The notes beneath the pieces are model-generated. The model was not told where the DNA came from and did no database searches. It saw only the letters and a list, made by a program, of their open reading frames with translations. From NCBI GenBank assembly GCA_052094425.1, contig JBQDIN010000007.1, positions 1,054 to 65,053 on the forward strand: DNA of 64,000 bases. The letters are read 5' to 3'. Positions 57,412-64,000 of the stretch are shown piece by piece. The position numbers and the translations under genes were made by a program. The DNA comes from Propionibacteriaceae bacterium (GTDB lineage: Bacteria > Actinomycetota > Actinomycetes > Propionibacteriales > Propionibacteriaceae). Positions within the stretch are counted from its first letter, which is position 1; every line of letters starts with the position of its first letter.

Positions 57412-59406
57412 TCAGTGCTGCGCCGGTGCCGCCCAATTGCGTATCGACTCCGCCGCGAAGACCAGCAACAGGTAGCCCGCCAGGACGAGCAGGGCGATCG
57501 GGAGAGCGCTCGGAGCCAGGCAGAGGGCGAGTACGGCGGCGACCACGATCCGGCCCTCGGTGCCGAGTCCGAGGGCGACGCTCCACGCCGACGGAACCGC
57601 CCCCGACAACCGGATGGAGTAGATCAGGTCGTAGCGACGGTAGGCGACCACGGCCAGCAGGACGAACACCGCCCAGCCGATCGGTGCGCGCGCCAACAGC
57701 GCCGACCAGACGGCCGCCTCAACCGCCCAGAGCAGTGACGGCGCCAGCCAGCCGACCCGATGCCGCAGCGGTCGGCGACAGGCCGCCCCGACCGTCACCG
57801 CGGCCAGCACGGCGAGCACCACCGCGACCAGATCGCGGCCCAGACAGAGGGCGGCGATGGTGCCCAGCCAGAGCACGACGGCGCCGAGGATCACCGGCAG
57901 GTACGGAAGGGGCAGGAGTCGGCCGGCGAGGCGACCGAGCACCCCGAGGTCGAGTTGATCATCGAGGGCCTTCCCGCGCAGCGGCACCGGCCGCCAGGTC
58001 GGATCGCGACGCAGGACGAGGCGCGCCAGCCGCCCGCCGACCGTCCAGAGCAGCGCGAACCCCGATCCGCCGATGGCCGCGTACAGCACCCAGGTCGGTT
58101 GCAGGGTGAGCAGCGCCAGGGACAAGATCAGGTAGCGTTCGGCGATCGGCACGTGGGCGAGCTTCTTGGCCCAGAACACGAACTGTTGACGCCCGGTCGG
58201 CGCAGTGGGCAACGGGTCAGCCGAGGTGGCCGGGGGGCCGACCAACGCATCGGGGTCGATCACCTCGGGGTGGCTGACCCGGGCCGCGGCCACCCGGTCG
58301 CCGTAGCCGTAGTCCTCCAGGTGCCGGGCGGTCACCACCGCCATCGCGATGATCGCCAACAACCAGCCGTACGAGTCCCCGTCGCGGACCGCAACCGCTC
58401 CGACTGCGGCGAGTACGGCGTACTCCTTCACCCGGTCGCCGACCCCGTCCAGCCAGGCCCCCAAGGTTGAGAACCGGCGGGTGAACCGCGCGATCTCCCC
58501 GTCCATGCAGTCGACCAGCAGGGCGAGCTGCAAGGTGACGGCGGCCAACACCCACGCCCACGGAGATCCGGTCCAGATGAGGGCGGCGGTGCCGATCCCG
58601 ATCACCAGGCTGATCATCGTGATCACGTTCGGGGACAGATTGACCTTGAGCGCGAGGCCGGTCATCCGGCGCGAGATCGGCCGCACCAACAGCGTGGAGA
58701 AGGGCCCGTCCCCACCCCGCGAGGCCGAGCGCAGGTGCTGCTGCCACACCGAACCGGGCGCGCCGGGTCCGGCGACCGCCGTACGCGCCCAGGCATGCTG
58801 ACCGACGTCCGTGGGCCGCAATACCACGCCGCCGTGCACCAGGACGGCGACGGCCACCTGGAACGGGTCCGCGGTGCCCCAGTCCAGGCTGGCGGCCCGG
58901 CGCCACAGCCGGGCGGCCTGTTCGCGGTCCGTGGCCCGCAGTCGGAGCGCACCGACCAGCACCCGGTTCGGGCGGACGGTCGGCCGCGCGGGGACACTGA
59001 CGGCCTCGAGCTGCCCCGCATCCGGACCGAGCCGGCCCGCGGCCGAGGCCGGATCGCCGGTGAGGCCGTGCGGGTCGGCGACCAGCACCCGGGTTTCGTC
59101 GCCCGGACGGTCGAGCAGGTCCAGCAGCGCCGGGGCACTCAGGTCGAGGTCGTCGGCGACCAGCACCAGCGGGCCGGTACCGGTCGAGGCCAGGTCGGCG
59201 AGTCGGGCGAGTTCTGCGGGCACCTCGGCCCTTGCCGGAGCCGGCGCCCGGAGTCCGAACTCGGCCAGGCCGTCGCGCGTGCGCACCGGCGTGTTGCGGG
59301 CCGTGGAGCCGGCCACCCCGGGGGTCGCCAGCCAGGCCAACTGGGCGTCGGACGACCAGCCGTGCACGGCACGTGCCGCGGGGCTACCGACCAGTACCTC
59401 AGGCAT
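57412..59406 (-). CDS. CDP-alcohol phosphatidyltransferase-family protein with degenerate N-terminal domain and DUF5941-like C-terminal domain
   Basis: SPNVIT, full motif DCMDGEIARFTRRFSTLGAWLDGVGDR; C-terminal YRRYDLIY...LGTEGR. Confidence 0.85.
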   Translation of the reverse strand: MPEVLVGSPAARAVHGWSSDAQLAWLATPGVAGSTARNTPVRTRDGLAEFGLRAPAPARAEVPAELARLADLASTGTGPLVLVADDLDLSAPALLDLLDRPGDETRVLVADPHGLTGDPASAAGRLGPDAGQLEAVSVPARPTVRPNRVLVGALRLRATDREQAARLWRRAASLDWGTADPFQVAVAVLVHGGVVLRPTDVGQHAWARTAVAGPGAPGSVWQQHLRSASRGGDGPFSTLLVRPISRRMTGLALKVNLSPNVITMISLVIGIGTAALIWTGSPWAWVLAAVTLQLALLVDCMDGEIARFTRRFSTLGAWLDGVGDRVKEYAVLAAVGAVAVRDGDSYGWLLAIIAMAVVTARHLEDYGYGDRVAAARVSHPEVIDPDALVGPPATSADPLPTAPTGRQQFVFWAKKLAHVPIAERYLILSLALLTLQPTWVLYAAIGGSGFALLWTVGGRLARLVLRRDPTWRPVPLRGKALDDQLDLGVLGRLAGRLLPLPYLPVILGAVVLWLGTIAALCLGRDLVAVVLAVLAAVTVGAACRRPLRHRVGWLAPSLLWAVEAAVWSALLARAPIGWAVFVLLAVVAYRRYDLIYSIRLSGAVPSAWSVALGLGTEGRIVVAAVLALCLAPSALPIALLVLAGYLLLVFAAESIRNWAAPAQH

Positions 59407-59532
59407 CGCTGAATGCTACCGTGGAGGCTGCTCCGAGCCGGACTGAACTCCCCGGAATCCATGATGGGGAGGGAGACTCCCGGTGCGAGCGCCCGGGGGG
59501 CGTACACGACGAGACCAGAAGGACTGCCGACC

Positions 59533-61374
59533 ATGACTGATGGCCCCGATCGGGACCGCCCCGCGAACGATGCGGCCGGGGGCCAGCACAACCCTCCGCA
59601 CGACTCCGGGCTGATCTCCGGGACTCCGTGGGGTGGCGGCCTGCAAGATCCCGAGTCCTGGAATCGCCAGCAGGAGGCGAACCGCAAGCGCGAGGAAGCC
59701 CGCCAGCAGGAGGAAGCCCGCAAGCAGGAGGCGAACCGCCAGCAGGAGGCGAACCGTCAGCGCGAGGAAGCCCGTCAGGCCTCCACCTCGACGCCGCGCT
59801 CCGCGCCATCGGCCCCCGCCCCGGACGAGCTCGGCTCGGACCGGCCCGGACCGGCCAATCCGTTCGGGAGTCAGCCCCGCCGCGGCGTACCGGAGGGGCA
59901 ACCGCCCCAGCAGTCGGCGCCCCAGCAGTCGGGATCCCAGCAGCAACAGTCGGGATCCCAGCAGCAACAGGGCGTGCCGCTGCAGGCATACCGGCCGACC
60001 TACCCGAATCCGCCCGGACAGCGCGGCCACCAGCAGACACCGCAACAGCAGGCATCGCAGCAGACGCCCCAGCAGCAGACACCGCAACAGCAGGCACCGC
60101 CCCGGCAGGCACCTTCCCAGCAGGCACCGGCCCAACCGCAAACACGCCCGGAGCAGCAGGGCCATCCACAGCAGCGAGCGGGCCAGCAACCCCAGCCGGG
60201 GAGTTGGAACCAGGGCCCGGTGGCCGGTCCGCCCCAGCAGCAGGCCGGTCCGCCCCAGCAGTCCGATTGGGGCAACGACCGGAACCAGCAGCCACAACCC
60301 GGGCACCAACCCTCGGCCGCGCCCCAGCCGTCGCCAGCCGAGGCACCCCAGGGGTCCGGCTCCCCGAGCCAGTACGGCGGCCCGCAGAACAGCTTCGCGG
60401 TGCACCAGCCGATTCCCCAGGACCGGCCGCGCTCGTACCAGGCCAGCGAACTCATCGATCAGCTCAACCCCGACCCGGTACTGAAGTCCCGCCGCGGGCT
60501 GCGGGCCCGACTCGGCATGGCGCCGTCGTCGAAGGAACTGTCCGAGGCCCAGGACGAGGAAGCGGTCCGGATGCCGTTCTCCCGGCCGGTGACGATCATG
60601 ATCGCCAATCCCAAGGGAGGCGTGGGCAAGACCCCGACGGCGCTGATGCTGGCCTCGGCCTTCGGCGTCGCCCGCGGTGGCGGCGTGGTGGCGTGGGACA
60701 ACAACGAGTTGCGCGGCACCATGCCGGATCGCTCCCTGTCCCCGCACCGGCGTACGGTCCGTGACCTGTTGGCTGACAAGGAGTACCTGTCGGAGCCGAA
60801 CTCGCAGTTCACCGACCTGGCCCACTTCATGAACCACCAGACCAGCGGGAAGTTCTACACCCTCGGATCGGCCCAGACCTCCGGGCACGTGATCAGCAAG
60901 GACGACTTCGAGTCCATCCACGGCATCCTGTCGCGCTACTTCCAGATCATCATCGTGGACACCGGCAACAACGAGGCCTCCCCCAACTGGATGGCCGCCG
61001 CCAAGGCAGCGGACTGCCTGGTGGTGCCGACCAAGTGGCGCAAGGACAGCCTGATCCCGGCGGCCCGGATGCTGGAGACCCTGCAGGAGGTGCACAGCGA
61101 TCTGCTGCAACGCACCGTCGTGGTCGCCACCAACGGCCCGGCCGACAGCCAGGAGGAGGTCCGCCGGTCCGGCTCCTCGTGGTTCGCCGACAGCCACCCG
61201 ATGGTCGAGATCCCGACCGATCCGCACATCGCCGAGGGCGCTGTGATCGACCACTCGAAACTCGGCCAGCGCACCCGCCGGTCCACCTTGTCGTTGGCCG
61301 CCGCCGTCGCTCGGAGCATCCAGACGGTCGCCGGCCTCGAGCACGGCCAACGACCGCCACGACGCCGGGGCTGA
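59533..61374 (+). CDS. MinD/ParA-family ATPase with long Q/P-rich N-terminus
   Basis: Deviant Walker A NPKGGVGKT, Walker B IIIVDTGN, EIPTDPHIAEG; about 300 aa of low-complexity sequence before the ATPase; start uncertain. Confidence 0.85.
   Translation: MTDGPDRDRPANDAAGGQHNPPHDSGLISGTPWGGGLQDPESWNRQQEANRKREEARQQEEARKQEANRQQEANRQREEARQASTSTPRSAPSAPAPDELGSDRPGPANPFGSQPRRGVPEGQPPQQSAPQQSGSQQQQSGSQQQQGVPLQAYRPTYPNPPGQRGHQQTPQQQASQQTPQQQTPQQQAPPRQAPSQQAPAQPQTRPEQQGHPQQRAGQQPQPGSWNQGPVAGPPQQQAGPPQQSDWGNDRNQQPQPGHQPSAAPQPSPAEAPQGSGSPSQYGGPQNSFAVHQPIPQDRPRSYQASELIDQLNPDPVLKSRRGLRARLGMAPSSKELSEAQDEEAVRMPFSRPVTIMIANPKGGVGKTPTALMLASAFGVARGGGVVAWDNNELRGTMPDRSLSPHRRTVRDLLADKEYLSEPNSQFTDLAHFMNHQTSGKFYTLGSAQTSGHVISKDDFESIHGILSRYFQIIIVDTGNNEASPNWMAAAKAADCLVVPTKWRKDSLIPAARMLETLQEVHSDLLQRTVVVATNGPADSQEEVRRSGSSWFADSHPMVEIPTDPHIAEGAVIDHSKLGQRTRRSTLSLAAAVARSIQTVAGLEHGQRPPRRRG
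59665..59772 (+). repeat. Six 18-bp coding repeats (RQQEAN/RKREEA-type, charged helical)
   Basis: RQQEAN RKREEA RQQEEA RKQEAN RQQEAN RQREEA. Confidence 0.8.
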
Positions 61375-61424
61375 CCAGCCCCACCTCGCCCACGGGCACA
61401 GACCGGAAGTCGAGAAAAAAGCAG

Positions 61425-61453
61425 TTGTGAGTGAGCGCTCACTCACTTATGCT
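61425..61453 (+). promoter_or_regulatory. sigma70-type promoter with a perfect 20-bp TetR operator
   Basis: TTGTGA-N17-TATGCT; perfect palindrome GTGAGTGAGC/GCTCACTCAC (61427-61446) covers the -35 and spacer; GTG start 7 nt after the -10. Confidence 0.85.
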
Positions 61454-61460
61454 CTGCGTT

Positions 61461-62048
61461 GTGAAACGCGCGGCTCCCCTCCCACCTGACGAACGTCGTG
61501 CCGCGATCCTGGCGGCGACCACCCCCCTGCTCGAGGAGTACGGGCGTGAGGTCACCACCCGCCAGATCGCCCAGGCGGCGGGGGTCGCCGAGGGCACCCT
61601 GTTTCGAGTGTTCGACTCCAAGGAGGCGATCGTCGACGCGGTGGTGTGCGACCTGATCGACCCGGAGAAGCCAGCCCATGCAATCGAGGCGATCGATCCG
61701 GAGCTGGACCTGGAGACCCGTCTGGTCCGGACCGTCACCATCCTCCAGGATCGGATGCAGGGTTTGATGCGGCTGTTCCACGCCCTGCGCATCGCTCCGG
61801 GTCCGGGCAAGGCCGAGGTCCACTCACGTGAGGCACTCGACCAACGACTCGGCGAGGCGATCGAGTCCGTGATCGGATCCGACCGGGACCGACTCACCCA
61901 CGGCCCCGAGGCGGTAGCGGCGCTGCTGCGTGCCGTCGCCTTCTCCTCGGCGCACCCCATGTTCGCTCGCCAGTTCCCCGCCGACCCGCAGTCCCTGGTA
62001 CGGGTCCTGCTGCACGGGGTCCTCCACTCCGCAAAGGATGACGCATGA
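61461..62048 (+). CDS. TetR/AcrR-family regulator
   Basis: RRAAIL...TTRQIAQAAGVAEGTLFRVFDSKE HTH. Confidence 0.92.
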   Translation: MKRAAPLPPDERRAAILAATTPLLEEYGREVTTRQIAQAAGVAEGTLFRVFDSKEAIVDAVVCDLIDPEKPAHAIEAIDPELDLETRLVRTVTILQDRMQGLMRLFHALRIAPGPGKAEVHSREALDQRLGEAIESVIGSDRDRLTHGPEAVAALLRAVAFSSAHPMFARQFPADPQSLVRVLLHGVLHSAKDDA

Positions 62049-63781
62049 TCTTGATCCGACTCCTGCGGGACTACCTGCGCCCGTACCGGTGGGCCCTGCT
62101 CGCCGTCGTCGTGCTGCAACTGCTCGGCACCATGGCCGCCCTCTACCTCCCCAGCTTGAACGCGTCGATCATCGACGACGGTGTGACCAAGGGCGACACC
62201 GCCCTCATCTGGTCAACCGGCCGGGTGATGCTGGCCGTCAGCGCGGTGCAGATCGTCTGCGCCATCGCCAGCGTGTACGTCGGCGCGAAGGCCGCGATGA
62301 AGTTCGGCCGCGACGTCCGAGCCGGCATCTTCGAACGCGTGCTCTCCTTCTCCGCCCGCGAGGTCAACCAGTTCGGCGCACCCTCGCTGATCACCCGCAA
62401 CACCAATGACGTGCAGCAGATCCAGATGCTGGTGGTGCTCAGTTGCACCGTCATGGTCGCCGCGCCGATCACCATGGTGGGTGGCGTGATCATGGCCATC
62501 CGGGAGAACGCCGGGCTCGCCTGGTTGCTCGTCGTCTGCGTCCCGGTGCTGATCATCGCCGTCGGGCTGATCATCTCCCGGATGGGACCGCTCTTCCGCG
62601 TCATGCAGACCCGGATCGACACCGTGAACCGGGTACTGCGCGAACAGATCACCGGCATCCGAGTGGTGCGGGCCTTCGTTCGCGAGCCGTACGAGAGCCA
62701 GCGCTTCGGCACCGCCAACGCCGAACTCACCGGGACGACAACCAGCGTCGGACGCTACATGGCCGCCATGTTCCCGATCGTCATGTTCATCCTGAACGCC
62801 TCCAGTGTCGCCGTGATGTGGTTCGGTGCCCGCCGGATCGATGCCGGCCTGATGCAGGTGGGGGAGCTGACCGCCTTCCTCACCTACCTGGTCCAGATCC
62901 TGATGTCGGTCATGATGGCCACCTTCATGTTGGTCCTCGCGCCGCGCGCCGCGGTGTGTGCGGAACGGATTCGCGAGGTGCTCGACACCGCCTCCTCGGT
63001 CGTACTGCCGAGCCGGCCGGTGACCGACTTCGCCGAGTCCGGCACGGTCGACTTCGACGACGTCGAGTTCACCTACCCGGGGGCGGAGACTCCGGTGCTG
63101 CGCAACATCACCTTCACCGCCCGGGCCGGTCAGATGACGGCCATCATCGGCTCCACCGGCGCCGGCAAGTCCACCCTGATCTCGATGGTGCCGCGGCTCT
63201 TCGACGCCACCGGTGGGAGCGTACGGGTGGACGGCGTCGACGTCACCAGCGCCGACGCGGACGCCCTGTGGGACCGAATCGGACTGGTACCGCAGAAGCC
63301 GTACCTGTTCACCGGGACGATCGCCACCAACCTGCGCTACGGCAAGCCGGACGCCACCGACTCCGAACTGTGGCGCGCCCTGGAGATTGCCCAGGCCGAG
63401 GACTTCGTCCGGGCGATGCCGGAGGGTCTGGACGCACCCATCGCCCAGGGCGGAACCAACGTGTCCGGTGGCCAGCGTCAGCGGCTCTCGATCGCCCGAG
63501 CACTGGTGAAACACCCGGAGATCTACATCTTCGACGACTCCTTCTCCGCCCTGGACGTGGCCACCGACGCCCGCCTCCGCCGCGCGTTGCGGCCCGAGAC
63601 CCGCGACGCCGCGGTGATCGTGGTCGGCCAACGGGTCGCCACGATCCAGGACGCGGACCAGATCCTCGTCCTCGAGGACGGTGAGATCGTCGGCACCGGC
63701 ACCCACGAGGAACTGTTGGAGAGTTGCGTCACCTACATCGAGATCGTCGACTCGCAGCTCAGCGCCGAGGAGGCAGCATGA
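62045..63781 (+). CDS. Heterodimeric ABC exporter subunit A (TMD+NBD, degenerate site)
   Basis: GSTGAGKST, VSGGQRQR, Walker B IFDD (D replaces the catalytic E) and GQR (Q replaces the switch His), as in TM287-type subunits. Confidence 0.93.
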   Translation: MILIRLLRDYLRPYRWALLAVVVLQLLGTMAALYLPSLNASIIDDGVTKGDTALIWSTGRVMLAVSAVQIVCAIASVYVGAKAAMKFGRDVRAGIFERVLSFSAREVNQFGAPSLITRNTNDVQQIQMLVVLSCTVMVAAPITMVGGVIMAIRENAGLAWLLVVCVPVLIIAVGLIISRMGPLFRVMQTRIDTVNRVLREQITGIRVVRAFVREPYESQRFGTANAELTGTTTSVGRYMAAMFPIVMFILNASSVAVMWFGARRIDAGLMQVGELTAFLTYLVQILMSVMMATFMLVLAPRAAVCAERIREVLDTASSVVLPSRPVTDFAESGTVDFDDVEFTYPGAETPVLRNITFTARAGQMTAIIGSTGAGKSTLISMVPRLFDATGGSVRVDGVDVTSADADALWDRIGLVPQKPYLFTGTIATNLRYGKPDATDSELWRALEIAQAEDFVRAMPEGLDAPIAQGGTNVSGGQRQRLSIARALVKHPEIYIFDDSFSALDVATDARLRRALRPETRDAAVIVVGQRVATIQDADQILVLEDGEIVGTGTHEELLESCVTYIEIVDSQLSAEEAA

Positions 63782-64000
63782 CCACACAGGTGAAGGAGCC
63801 CGGGAAGGCTCCGAAGCGCCCCACCGGCGGCCCGCAGAAGTCCAGCGGTCCCAGTTTCGGGCAGTCCGCACCAGCCGAGAAGGCGATGAACTTCGGGCCG
63901 TCGATGAAACGGCTGATCGGCCACCTCCGCGAGGAACGGCTGATCATGATCGCCGTGATCGCCCTGGCCGTCCTGGGCGTCGGCCTGCAGGTGGTCGGCC
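63778..64000 (+). CDS. ABC exporter subunit B, 5' part (runs off the window)
   Basis: ATGA overlap with the previous stop; MTTQVKEPG...KAMNFGPSMKRLIGHL...LQVVG, typical start of the partner subunit. Confidence 0.8.
   Translation, partial: MTTQVKEPGKAPKRPTGGPQKSSGPSFGQSAPAEKAMNFGPSMKRLIGHLREERLIMIAVIALAVLGVGLQVVG

Overview
This window comes from a high-GC actinobacterial chromosome, possibly Propionibacteriales (inferred from gene content and style only). It holds about 50 protein-coding genes, several pseudogenes and mobile-element remnants. I found no rRNA, tRNA or CRISPR array. The housekeeping-type backbone includes an LMW phosphatase, an MprAB-like two-component system, a polar amino acid ABC transporter, an AlkA-like glycosylase, SulP, YaaA, a secreted nuclease, lysS, metH, the circularly permuted ATP-grasp/alpha-E/transglutaminase trio, and a TetR with a heterodimeric ABC exporter. 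Two accessory catabolic blocks interrupt it. (1) About 5.2-11.7 kb: an IclR-controlled aminotransferase/M20/SSS/amidase cluster that is decaying by deletion. (2) About 22-38.7 kb: an island bracketed by two outward-facing DUF222/HNH elements. It encodes an Opp-type peptide importer, two paralogous cytoplasmic beta-lactamase-family serine hydrolases, two PucR/CdaR-type regulators, a secreted subtilase with no apparent pro-domain, a D-aminoacylase-like amidohydrolase and an unannotated, shattered D-amino-acid deaminase pseudogene. Four intergenic regions of this island share an 18-bp palindromic motif (YYYGT-N8-ACGAA), and two copies sit exactly 21 bp upstream of a TAG(C/T)GT -10 box. My best candidate for an undescribed system is therefore a PucR-activated regulon for scavenging or degrading D-amino-acid-containing or N-acylated peptides; this function is an inference and untested. 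Other notable items are a 165-bp MITE-like element, a perfect PHO-box-like repeat upstream of the secreted nuclease, and a YbjQ protein with prion-like PYGQ repeats directly after the transglutaminase. All annotations are from manual motif recognition with no database searches, and start codons are best estimates.
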